Origin: Folioceros fuciformis | Taxonomy: Eukaryota | Assembly: GCA_049999805.1 (NCBI GenBank) | Contig: JBNGIO010006285.1 | Coordinates: forward strand, 90,008-154,007 | Length of the DNA: 64,000 nucleotides | Direction of reading: 5' to 3' | Shown: positions 11,626-22,289 of the stretch, piece by piece | Layout: each line of letters opens with the position of its first letter | Position numbering within the stretch: position 1 is the stretch's first letter | Made by a program: the position numbers and the translations under genes | Notes under the pieces: model-generated | The model's input: only the letters and a program-made list of their open reading frames with translations | Told to the model about the DNA's origin: nothing | Databases searched by the model: none

Positions 11626-14624
11626 TCATAGTTCAGCGCCAGCCTGCATGTGGATCCTTCGTACCCTTTGCAAGAGTGGCTCAATCTCAGCGAACTTCTC
11701 TTGACTATCCAGTAACATAATCAGCAATTCCAAAGTCAGACCAATCTCTGGAGTATCATGTCCCAGTTCCTTCTCCTGAATGGCCAAGACCCTTCTCATA
11801 AGAGATTCTGCTTCACTGTTTCTGCCCATAGAGTGAAGTATTGAAGCAAGACAATTGCAAGATTCCCCTGAAATACACCGTTGCATCAGAATGTGCATGT
11901 AACGAGATGGAAGGTATCAGAAAGNNNNNNNNNNNNNNNNNNNNNNNNNNNNNNNNNNNNNNNNNNNNNNNNNNNNNNNNNNNNNNNNNNNNNNNNNNNN
12001 NNNNNNNNNNNNNNNNNNNNNNNNAAAGCACCCTCACGAATTTGCAAAGCCTTCCGCGCAATGGACTCAGCCTCCTTATCCCTTTCGAGATGATGAAGTG
12101 CAGTGGCCAAGAACTCTAGAGGAACTGAACTTTCTGGCGAATTTGACCCAAAACAGTCGCCAACCAGCTTCACTGACCTTTCAAGCAAGGGCACACATTT
12201 TTCGAAGTCGCCAGAATTGGCGTATGAAGTTGCTAAATTTTGAAGGTGTGGTACAACACGTGAATCATCAGGGCCAAAACGTTGTTCACACGCTTCTAGA
12301 TTTTCAGCCCACAGCTTCTGGGCTTCATCATCCCTGCATTTAACAGCATCCCACTGGCATGGTCAATGATTGGTCACACTGAAAACTAGCATCCAAAAAC
12401 ACTCTGGACGCCACAGACATCGCAACAAGAAATCTGGAATACAGAAGCTACCTTCCTAGGTAGTTGAGAAGTTCAGCTAGATCGGTCCTGACTGCCTCCA
12501 CTGATGGATCTTCAAGTGAAGAAGACCCTTTTAACATACCCAATCCCTTTCTAAACAAAGGGATAGCTTCGTCAACTTGTCCTGCATAAGGATCGCCTTC
12601 AGAAACTCAACCACCTGCACGAAAACGATAGTGAAACTGAAAAGAGCAGCCTACCTTTAGCACACTTCGCTTTGGCCAGCGCACAAGTTGCTATTCCAAC
12701 ACGTCCATCCCCTTCCCCGTACAGCTTGGTCACAATGTCTAGGGCTCTGCAAACAATAGACTAGTTAATAAAGATACATCAGCTGTCAGTGAACAGCAGC
12801 AAAACAAGCTATTCGAGGGACCTGCGCATGGAGACCTCAGCTTCGTCCACTTTGCCAGCTTCTAAACAGACGTTACCGAGATGAGTCAAGGGAATCGTCA
12901 GAGATTCGTCTTCTGGGCCACTGTGCTTTTCCAATATGGAGAGGGCTCTCCTATACACTTCTATGCTTCTGTTTCCTGCTTCAATTTCCTGATAAGTGGC
13001 GGCCAATCCCAGAAGTGTTTTCACCAGGAGAGGACTGTCGGAGCCTACAAACGACAGAACAAGTCAGTTCCGGTTTGATGGTTTGTGGCTTACAGCCTTG
13101 ACCCACTCCACACGACAATCTGCTTCAAATTTGTCAGGAACAGTGTCTTCTTCTGACTTACAATAGAAACGAAAGAGCTTCACATTTCAGCTCACCCAAT
13201 AAGTCTTCCTGAATCTCAATGCTTCGTCTGAAAAGTGGCAGTGCATCTTCCGGCCTTCCAATAGCAGTGTACATGCTGGCAAGGTCGTCCAGAATGGTGT
13301 CGACCATAGGATCAGGGCCCGGGCCTGAGTCTACTTTGTCAATCAGCTGCTTGATCTGCTTGTCCATACCAGTCAGAAGTTAAAAAAGTACATGCCATGA
13401 GCAGTTGGCTTGCAGACAAAAACTCTCACATAAAAGCATAACAGGGCTGCACCTGGTCAAGCAGATCTTCGATGCCTTCAAAATCACGAAGGTTCATGCG
13501 CAATTGAGCCAACGTGTCCAGCATAGCTGCCTGTTCCACACCCTCTATACCCATTTCCAACTGCTCTGATACAGCCTCGTAATTAGCCTCGAGCAGAGCA
13601 CGTGCTGTTTCCTCATCACCATCGTCAATCATTTTTAAAACTGTATCTGACAGTTGCTGCAGCTCTGCTTCTAACTCGTTGGTGTTGTCGACCATGTCCT
13701 CAATGTCTCGCAATTCCTCTGTAGAGAAGGAGCTTCTGCGAAGACAACAGATTCCAACGAACATCAACCTTCCCGCAAAACCCGGATTTGCTTAAAAGTT
13801 CTGACGTGGCTCGTCCTCAGTACACGGCACACTGACACAATATGACTCAACATACCTCATGTCCTCCAGAATTTCCTGGGCTGTGGGACCGTCATTCTTC
13901 GCCATGGCCGCTGCAAACCGTCTCAGTTTGTCTTCGACTTCGTCAAACTCGTCATCCGAATCTTGATCGAGCACCTCAACAGGCCTGTATGATCGCCTCT
14001 CAGGCCCCGAGCCAGCATCACTGAAATACAATGCCAACAACTCAGCTTAGGACTACACTCCACTTCGAAAATTTGGCAAGCCATATCTCTTACGAGCAGA
14101 CAATGCCATACATGACTGACGCCACATTCCCAGCCGTCCTTCGGTGATCACGAGCAGACCTTTCCTCATACTTTCCCCACTTCTCACCCTGCTTCCCCAG
14201 TCTGCACCATGAATATGCGGCCCTTCAGGCTCACTACATTAACATCCAGACTGACAGATATACCAAATCACAGACTCCAAGTTCACCTATTCCCAAAGCC
14301 CTCAGGCCGTTGGGCGAATGCTTGGCTGCAGAGCCTGCTGGCCCGACCAGCAAACTGATGCTGGTGTATCCATCCACCTTCTACAAAATTCACTCCCACG
14401 CCTGATAGGAGACAAGCATCTTTCCGGTGGGGCTGGTGTGTCCAAGAGGCCCTCACCGTCCTGCATTTGAATGCAGGGGTGCACACCTGAACCGAGCTTA
14501 AAGACAAGGCTGCTCGGGAGGTCGAGGGGGGCCATCTGCAGTAGGAATCCTGTAACTGCTGGTGCACGGAGGATGATTGGACGTCAAGGACACAAGTCCC
14601 TCGTAACAGCTCCATAGTGGACAT
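11626..14624 (-). CDS. Plastid-targeted TPR (kinesin-light-chain-like repeat) protein, resembling the Arabidopsis At5g53080/WTG1 family
   Basis: Ser/Arg-rich transit-like exon 1, an ALLEANYEAVSEQLEMGIEGVEQAAMLD segment, then KLC-type TPR exons (EDALPLFRRSIEIQE, SIEVYRRALSILE, EAESLMRRVLAIQEKELG). One 100-N gap inside. Orthology is from recall only. Confidence 0.8.
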
Positions 14625-14670
14625 TGCGAGCAACGAGGGAAACCCACGTGAGGACGAACCTCACAGATAG

Positions 14671-14686
14671 CTAAACCCTAAACCCT
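14671..14686. promoter_or_regulatory. Telo-box (AAACCCTA) just upstream of the TPR gene start
   Basis: ctaaaccctaaaccct about 50 nt from the ATG at 14624. Confidence 0.5.
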
Positions 14687-14966
14687 TCACGAACTTTCGC
14701 CCACCCGTGAAGTTGGCGGTTGAGCATGCCTATAGATAGGCTCTCTTCGCTAACTCTCAAAGCTCCCACGTTTGCATGTTTCGTTTGGGAGTGGGCATGG
14801 GCTTCCTTCTTTGTTTGGTCCGTGTTGATCCACCAAATATAATATATTACACTAATGCGGTCGGCTAGTCTAAGTCGTATGACTGTACATTCTCCCGTCC
14901 CGGGGGAGGTCGGGAGGTCGATTCCCGCACAGAGAATCCCTTGAGGGAATTGGGCCACAGGTAAGT

Positions 14967-17900
14967 TCAGTTATTTGGAAAGCGTGAAAGTAAGGGCTGC
15001 CGTGTGGCAAGGGCAATGTTGGCATCCCTTCCAGCAGGAACGACATTCTTGTGTGTACCATTGTCCATGGTGTCTAAAGCTAGGCGTGGGACAAATCCTT
15101 CTATCTTCTCCCTACCATTGTCCATGGTGTCTAAAGCTAGGCGTGGGACAAATCCTTCAGTCTTCTCCCTACCATTGTCCATGGTGTCTAAAGCTAGGCG
15201 TGGGACANNNNNNNNNNTCTTCTCCCTACCATTGTCCATGGTGTCTAAAGCTAGGCGTGGGACACATCCTTCTATCTTCGTCGTAGGAGATGCTTGATTC
15301 AGCCTTGCTCGACTCTGGGGGTGCTTCACCTCCCCAGCCACAAAACTATGCACCAATCCGTCTCCGTCTGTCCACAAGCTCTCGCCTGGATGCTTCCAAG
15401 ACTTGATTCGTTTTCGTTTTGCTTGCAGCTCCTGTGCCTGTTGCGTCATCTGAGAGCCGGCATATGTGTTTGACATCAGCACATAAGCTGCAGCATCTTT
15501 GTCGTCAAGCTTCGAGGCTTCATTGAACGCATGGAGTCCCACCTCCACGTTGCTCCACTTCTGACAAGCAGCCAACAGGGTGTGCCAAATAGCAGCATTA
15601 GGCAGTACAGGCATCGACCTCACCAGAGCTAGAGCATCATCCAGCCGTCCTGCGCGGCCCAGGAGATCTACCATGCACGTGTAGTGGTCCTCTGTGGGAA
15701 TGAGACCGTAGTGTTGGCTCATAGCCTCGAAGTACTGCCACCCCTCCTTCACCAGACCAGCGTGACTGCAGACTGTGAGGACGCTGACAAAGGTGATGTC
15801 ATTTGGCCAAAAGCCGTCCTCTGTCATCTTCTGGACCAAAGCGAAGACCACTTCACTCTTTCCCTGAGAGGAGTAGCCTGCGATAAGGGCACTCCAGGCG
15901 ACGACGCTTCTCTCCGGCATCGCATCGAACACCTGCTGTGCATCCACCATGCTCCCGGATTTCCCATACATGTTCATCAAACTGACAGCTACCGACGGGT
16001 CGGCTTCAAGCCCTTGTTGTGCAATCTGGGCATGTAGCTGCTTCCCCAGATGCAAAGCTCCCACGTTTGCGCATGCCTGAAGGAGGCACAAAAATGTCAC
16101 GGAATCTGGTACAGCCATGCCATCTTCTTGCATTGCGTGGTGTAGATGCAGAGCTTCCTGCCCCATACCATTCTGGGAAAACCCTGCTATCATAGCATTC
16201 CACGTTCCCACATGTTTGTGTTGCCCGAGTCCATCAAACAGTGTCCGAGCGTCTTCCAAGCTGCCACACTTTGCATACATGTTCACCAAACTGCTGGCAA
16301 CAAACTCATCAGCTTCTAGTCCCCGTGCTTTGATCTGTTTATGCAGATGCTTCCCCTTCTCCAACGCCGGATGGCCCAAATCTGCACATGCCTGCAGGAG
16401 GGACACGAATGTCACACAATCATGAACAGCTATGCCTTCTCCTTGCATAGCAGAGTAAAGACCAAGGGCTTTGTGCCCCATACCCTGCTGGGAGTATCCG
16501 GCAATCATGGCAGTCCATGTTACAGCATCTTTTTGGCCAAGTCCATCAAAAATCGTCTGAGCGTCCTCGAAGCTGCCACACTTCATATACATGTTCACCA
16601 AACTGCTGCCTACAAAAGCATCAGCTTCGTATCCTCGTTCTCTAATTTGAGTATGCAGTCGCTTCCCCTTCTCCAAGGCCAGCGTGCCAACACTCGCACA
16701 TGCCTGAAGGAGGGACACAAATGTCACACAATCGGGTACGGTGATGCCTTCTTGCTGCATTGCGCTGTAAAGTAGAAGAGCTTCCTGCCCCATACCCTGT
16801 TGGGAATATCCCGCTATCATGGCAGTCCATGTCACCACATCTTTCTCACGATGTCCATCGAACGCCCTTTGAGCATCTTCCAAGCTGCCACACTTTGCGT
16901 ACATATTCACTAAACTGCTGGCAACAAACACATCAGCTTCATACCCGCGTTCTCTAATGTGGCCAAGAAGTTGCTCCCCCTTCTCCAAAGCTGGAGGGCC
17001 CTCAATCGCACATGCCTGCAGGAGGCACACGAATGTTACACGATCAGGTACAGCCATGCCTGTCTGTTGCATGACATCGTAGAGACTAAGTGCCTCATGG
17101 GCCCTGCCCTGTTGGGAATACCCTACGATTAGGGCGTTCCATGTCACTGCATCTTTCTCATCAAGTCCATCAAACACTTTCTGAGCATCCTCCAAGTTGC
17201 CACACTTTGCATACATGTCCACCAGACCGTTGGCTACAAAGACATCAGCTGCAAGCCCTCGTTCTCTGATTTGCGCATGAAGATGCTTTCCCTTCTCCAA
17301 TGCTGGGGTTCCGACACTTGCACATGCTCGGAGGAGGCACACAAATGTCACGGAATCGGGTACGGTCATGCTTTCTTCTTGCATAGCACTGTACAGCAGA
17401 AGAGCTTCTAGGCCCATGCCCTGCTGTGAGTACCCAGCTATTAGAGCGTTCCATGTCGCCACACCCTTCTTACTGAGTCCGTCAAACACTCTCTGAGCTT
17501 CCTCCAAGCTCCCGCATTTTGCATACATGTTCACCAAACTGTTGGCTACAAACGCATCAGTTTCATGCCCTCGATCTTTGATTTGTGCATCAAGATGCCT
17601 CCCCATCTCCAAAGCCGGACGCCCCAGATTTGCACATGCTTGTAGGAGGCACGAAAATGTTACACCGTTGGGTTCAGCGGTGCCCTCTTCCACCATAGCA
17701 CTATAGAGATGAAGGGCCTCCTGCCCCCTGCCCTGCTGGGAACACCCTGCTATCATGGCATTCCATGTCACCACATCTTTGTGACAAAGTTCATCAAACA
17801 CTTTCCGTGCATCTCTCAAGCTGCCACACTTTGCATACATATTCACCAAACTGTTGGCCACAAACACATGAGCTTGGAGGCCCCGTTCTCGAATCTGCCC

Positions 17901-18878
17901 ATGAAGATGCTTGCCCTTCTCCAACGAAGGGTGGCCCACACGTGCACACGCTTGCAGGAGGCTGACAAATGTGACAGCATTGGGTGCAGCTTCGCCTTCA
18001 TCTTGCATAGCATCGTAGAGACCTAGAGCTTCTGGTCCCATCCCCTGCTGAGCATACCCTGCTATCATGGCATTCCACGTGACCACATCTTTCCGACCAA
18101 GCCCATCAAACACCGTCCGAGCGTCCTCTAACCTCCCACACTTTGCATACATGTCCACCAAGCAGTTACAGACGAACAACTCTGGCTCAACGCCCCTGGC
18201 CAGCACATCAGCATGCACCTGCTTCCCAGTCACCACGTCTCCACCCCTCGCACAGGCCTGAAGGGTTGCCACAAACACATGACCGTCTGCCTTGGCCCCC
18301 GACCTCCGCATCCCATGGTACAGTTCGACCGCCTGCTTGTCTTGTCCCTGCCTCACATGAGCAGCAATGATGGACGACCACATGAAGACATCCGGTACAT
18401 CAACCCCTCGAAACACATCCATCGCATCCTCCAACTTCCCATGAGAAGAATACATTCGCAGGATATGGTTGCCCAGGAAGGTGTCCGACTGGTAACCTTT
18501 CTTCACTGTCACAGCGTGCACCCGGCTTCCTAGCACAAGATCCTTCTCCTTCATACATTCCTTCAAGACACCATAAAGCAAAGATTTGGAAACCCAACCA
18601 CCTCTGTCCACAAGAACCTCCAGACCCTCCACAGCCTCAACCACCCGGCCATCGCGACACAGCTTGCTCACAGTCTCGGCCGTCATGCCCCACCCATCAA
18701 TTCCAGCCCTGCTCCTGCGCACCATATCCAACCCAGCAAGATCCCCATCCACCCAACCTGAACTGCTCAACCAGAGGACCTCCTGCCACAAAACAGAACG
18801 CCCGTGCCCCAGGACTTGGCTCCTCGAATTCAGCCGCGCCGAAGCTCTTCCCAAAATGCTCACAAAACCACCAACCAT
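14967..18878 (-). CDS. Intronless PLS-class PPR protein with E1/E2 and a WW-like PG box, lacking the DYW catalytic core
   Basis: Repeated P (VVTWNAMIAG), L (VTFVSLLQAC) and S (NSLVNMYAKCG) motifs, then P2-L2-S2 (HYTCMVDLLGRAG), E1/E2 and KHPGESLWTDGDGLVHSFVAGEVKHP. No HxE or CxxC before the stop. First ATG is at 18878. Confidence 0.95.
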   Translation of the reverse strand: MVGGFVSILGRASARLNSRSQVLGHGRSVLWQEVLWLSSSGWVDGDLAGLDMVRRSRAGIDGWGMTAETVSKLCRDGRVVEAVEGLEVLVDRGGWVSKSLLYGVLKECMKEKDLVLGSRVHAVTVKKGYQSDTFLGNHILRMYSSHGKLEDAMDVFRGVDVPDVFMWSSIIAAHVRQGQDKQAVELYHGMRRSGAKADGHVFVATLQACARGGDVVTGKQVHADVLARGVEPELFVCNCLVDMYAKCGRLEDARTVFDGLGRKDVVTWNAMIAGYAQQGMGPEALGLYDAMQDEGEAAPNAVTFVSLLQACARVGHPSLEKGKHLHGQIRERGLQAHVFVANSLVNMYAKCGSLRDARKVFDELCHKDVVTWNAMIAGCSQQGRGQEALHLYSAMVEEGTAEPNGVTFSCLLQACANLGRPALEMGRHLDAQIKDRGHETDAFVANSLVNMYAKCGSLEEAQRVFDGLSKKGVATWNALIAGYSQQGMGLEALLLYSAMQEESMTVPDSVTFVCLLRACASVGTPALEKGKHLHAQIRERGLAADVFVANGLVDMYAKCGNLEDAQKVFDGLDEKDAVTWNALIVGYSQQGRAHEALSLYDVMQQTGMAVPDRVTFVCLLQACAIEGPPALEKGEQLLGHIRERGYEADVFVASSLVNMYAKCGSLEDAQRAFDGHREKDVVTWTAMIAGYSQQGMGQEALLLYSAMQQEGITVPDCVTFVSLLQACASVGTLALEKGKRLHTQIRERGYEADAFVGSSLVNMYMKCGSFEDAQTIFDGLGQKDAVTWTAMIAGYSQQGMGHKALGLYSAMQGEGIAVHDCVTFVSLLQACADLGHPALEKGKHLHKQIKARGLEADEFVASSLVNMYAKCGSLEDARTLFDGLGQHKHVGTWNAMIAGFSQNGMGQEALHLHHAMQEDGMAVPDSVTFLCLLQACANVGALHLGKQLHAQIAQQGLEADPSVAVSLMNMYGKSGSMVDAQQVFDAMPERSVVAWSALIAGYSSQGKSEVVFALVQKMTEDGFWPNDITFVSVLTVCSHAGLVKEGWQYFEAMSQHYGLIPTEDHYTCMVDLLGRAGRLDDALALVRSMPVLPNAAIWHTLLAACQKWSNVEVGLHAFNEASKLDDKDAAAYVLMSNTYAGSQMTQQAQELQAKRKRIKSWKHPGESLWTDGDGLVHSFVAGEVKHPQSRARLNQASPTTKIEGCVPRLALDTMDNGREKXXXXVPRLALDTMDNGREKTEGFVPRLALDTMDNGREKIEGFVPRLALDTMDNGTHKNVVPAGRDANIALATRQPLLSRFPNN
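15056..15279. repeat. 57-bp coding tandem repeat, about 4 copies (EGxVPRLALDTMDNGREKx)
   Basis: taccattgtccatggtgtctaaagctaggcgtgggaca recurs every 57 nt. A 10-N gap at 15208-15217 preserves the period. Confidence 0.9.
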
Positions 18879-19262
18879 CCCCAGGCTCACCGCCTTGGGC
18901 AACCAACTCCCTCCGAGTCGGGGAATCTTGCACAGACCATCTTACAGATTAAAGCCAGATGTACATAAAAGTGAGTACGTCCACTCATAACTGAACAGAA
19001 GCTGACAGAGCTGCAGAGTCATCGATTGTCTCGGCAGGCGAGCAGGAGACACCATTTGCACGTCCATTTCCGTTCGGGTGTCGCAGATAACGGTCGCCAC
19101 TTGGTGGGCTGTGTGCTAGGATGAAGGCGTGGGAGGAAACAGGATGACGGTGCGGGAGCAGCTGAAGCCCACAGTGGGATTGGCGACGCAGCACTGTGAG
19201 TAGGAAGTGAGATCAGATCAGGTCGGGTCAGATCAGATCAGATCGGGGATCGCAATTGGAAG

Positions 19263-20186
19263 ATGGGCACAGCGGCAGGGCATGTGCTGCCGGGCCTGCT
19301 GCTGCTGGGCTTGGGGGCATGGCACCTGGTGTGCGGCCTGCGCAACCAGATTCGGTATCCGCGGGAGTACAGCGCGCGGACATGGCACCCGGTAGGAGGC
19401 CTGGCCGGCCGGCTCAGGCACCTGGAGCTCTACCTGCTGCTGGCGCTGCTGCCTCTGGCCGTGGTGTTCGAGCTCACGGTGTCCGCCCACTTCCATCCTC
19501 TGGTGGAGGGCGCCATCCCCAGCAACCGCGTCACCAGCTTCCAGCACGCTGTGCTGTTGCTGCTCTTCTGGGTGTGGGCGGGGGTGACCCTCCTGGCGGA
19601 GACGACCGCGTTGCTGCCGCAGCCGGGCGGCACGGCAGCCTCCTTCCTCTTGGCCGGAGTTGGGTTCTCCCTGGAAGTTCTGGCGCTGGGTAGCCAGATT
19701 GCGCAGATGTCCGGAATGGAGCTCCCGGCGCGGGGACTGGAATCCCGGTGCTACTGGCTGCTGGCCTGCGTGGCCGCCGTGTGCGCTGCCAGCTCTCTGC
19801 TGCTGGCCTGGAGGTCGAAGGCGGCACTGCTGGAGGTGATCCTGTCTGCTGGGCTCATGCTGCAGGGCTCCTGGCTGCTCCACACTGGCCTCTCCCTGTA
19901 CGTGGACGCCTTCATCCCAGCCGGGTGTGCCCGCCTGGACCACCTTCCGTCCGGAGTGGATGCCTCCACCCAGTGCGTGCTTCTCGACTCTGTCCTGCGG
20001 GCCATGGCGCTCATGGATCTGGCCTTCAGCGTCCATGTTATCCTGCTGGTGCTCGTGTGCGTGCTGGCCTACGGGATCCTATCTAAGTTGCAGGGAGAGC
20101 GACGAGGCTACGACGCGATCACATCCGTCCCCGATCACACAGACCAGGTGCAGATGAAGCCTCTTCCCAAACTGGCTCAATTTTGA
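19263..20186 (+). CDS. DUF716 / TMEM45-like multi-pass membrane protein, intronless
   Basis: MGTAAGHVLPG N-terminal signature, about 7 hydrophobic segments, LMLQGSWLLHTG motif. Confidence 0.88.
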   Translation: MGTAAGHVLPGLLLLGLGAWHLVCGLRNQIRYPREYSARTWHPVGGLAGRLRHLELYLLLALLPLAVVFELTVSAHFHPLVEGAIPSNRVTSFQHAVLLLLFWVWAGVTLLAETTALLPQPGGTAASFLLAGVGFSLEVLALGSQIAQMSGMELPARGLESRCYWLLACVAAVCAASSLLLAWRSKAALLEVILSAGLMLQGSWLLHTGLSLYVDAFIPAGCARLDHLPSGVDASTQCVLLDSVLRAMALMDLAFSVHVILLVLVCVLAYGILSKLQGERRGYDAITSVPDHTDQVQMKPLPKLAQF

Positions 20187-20902
20187 CACACATTTCATAA
20201 CCCACTGCGTCCACACAAGTGCAGGGCTTGCGGGAAGGGGACCACATGCTCTAGAGTTGCTGGGATCTCCCTCACTCTTTCCTCCAATCACCACAAACTC
20301 TCCTACTCCCGGCCCTCAGAATCAGAATCACAAGCTACGACGCTCTAGCAATGCCTGATAGACTTTCTATTCCAAGTACCCATTTGTACATAATAAGTGA
20401 GTTGTCTCATTCATCTAGAGCAGGTTTGGTACACCCTGCAACTGCTGTAGCACTTGCTACGCCAAACCCAGATTTCCATCACTGCTCCTCTCCACACAAA
20501 CTGAGATGGGTTGCAGCACCACAAATCCTTGGGGTTGGTGGAGTCCTGTCCAGGGATGCATGCAAGTGTCATGATCTGCCAAGTCCCATCCATGGTTATT
20601 GCTTCGAATTGAGATGAATGACCGTAACACTAGCTAGCAATGCAGATAACATCTGACCATAACATTGTGCCTCCCGAAACCTACTGTTGTGCTTCAGTTT
20701 GAGGATGGCTGCTACTATTTCTTTCCCCTTGACAACCAGGACTGCTCGACACTCATCCCAGAACCAAAATGTTAAGAGGCTGACGGTGCAGGAGCAGTGC
20801 AAGCAAACCAGGTCGGCAGGCGTGACCTGCGCAGATTGCAAGCAGGTATGTATGTAGCTTTTGGACAGGAACTACAATTTTCGTAGTCAGTCAGATTGTC
20901 AG

Positions 20903-21923
20903 TCACCTAGACCGGGAGCCAGTGTGCTTCTTCTTTTGTTCAACTGCTCGCCAATTGGTGTCATCAGGAGCTTGATCCTCCTCATCTTCAGAGGAAACGG
21001 TCAAAAACGCCAGCACGGGGTCCTGACGACTTTCTTTGACAACCAGATCTCCTATATTCAGATCGCTCTCGAAGTAGCTGGAGAGGTATTTCTCCCTCAG
21101 CCTCTGGGCGCTTTCTCGTCTCCTCCTATTGTACTTGCTCACATACTCCGCTGCCTCTTCTCTTGTCGTCGGCACAAACGGTTCTGCTCCCGCCTTCGTC
21201 AATCCATTCCCACCAGGAGCATCCGGTGCAGGAGCAGTTGCTGCCTTGGGGTGTGGCCCATCAGCAGGCTCCGCCGGAGCTGCAGCTTCCGTGGAAACTG
21301 CGGCCATGACCGCTATAGACGAGGCTGCTGTGGGCGACGCCCGTGGCAGACCGAAATTTGCGACATTCGGAGCAGCCAGAGCCGAAACTGCCGATACTGC
21401 AGGCCCGCGAAGTGCAGGAGCTGGAGGAGGAGGAGCTGCAGCGCGAAGTAATGCTGACCCCGGGGATGCGGATTGCACTGCTCGCTCTGGGTTCGCCAAT
21501 TCTGCAGAGGGCAAGTACACATTGTGAGCCGTTTCCTCTCCTCTCACGGTCCGTTTTGCAAAGGAAGGAAGAGAGCTCACAACCTGCAGGCCCGTGAGCT
21601 TCCGGTGCCTCCTCATTCCGTCTTCTCTTAGAACGTTCGCTCTGCTCCTTCCGACTGCGCTCACGGTTTGTACGCTCGTTGCGGACCAGTTGAAGCTCGT
21701 CCGAGGCCTTCTTCCTCCTCGCTGTGGCCTGCCCGACCTTGGCCGACCACTCGGGGTTGTTCTCGCCTTTGGGCTTCTCTCGGAACGTCTTGAGACTGAA
21801 GTGTGTGCACTCCTCCACAATTTCTTGCTGCTGCGAGAACCTCTGCTCCAGCTCCTCATCAGACAAGAGCTTCAGATCCGCACGGAGCGCTCGCGCGCTC
21901 ATCTCCTTCTCCTCACCCGCCAT
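20903..21923 (-). CDS. Hypothetical two-exon protein: coiled-coil N-terminus, Ala/Pro linker, charged C-terminus
   Basis: MAGEEKE... at 21923. A GT-AG intron (21583-21502) joins the two overlapping ORFs in frame (...AHGPA-E-LANPER...). Confidence 0.6.
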
Positions 21924-22289
21924 TCCTTTGCAGCCGCATTGCACACCCAGTATCCTCACTCTGCATCCATCCGACTGCAGGAAAGGCAAGGAGAGGAGAG
22001 GCAGAGCTGGCTCGAAGCCGAATACAGCTTCACTGTATTTGAATATGCACCCGAAACGGCAGAAGCATCAGCCGCAGCCACGTCCAAAACATCCGCCGCT
22101 GCTGTGCACACTCCTAGAAGCAAGCAGTGTTATGCCTGTTTCCCAGTCTCGATCGTCTCCGCATGACGGCCTGCCTGGATCCGTTCAATCGTTCCAGGAT
22201 TCCTGTCGAGCAGCCCCAAAAGTTTGAACAGACTTGGTTGTAGTTGCAGGATTAGGAACGGGTTGGATTAGGGTGGGAAGGATTGGAAG

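Noticed and set aside
14670-15060. Frameshifted continuation of the DYW domain
   Set aside because: No HxE, CxxC or DYW-like terminus in the minus-strand translations available for this interval.
19233-20036. Long antisense ORFs over GC-rich genes (also 31794-32848, 39347-40123, 42131-42837)
   Set aside because: Shadow frames expected from GC-rich codon usage; no domains.
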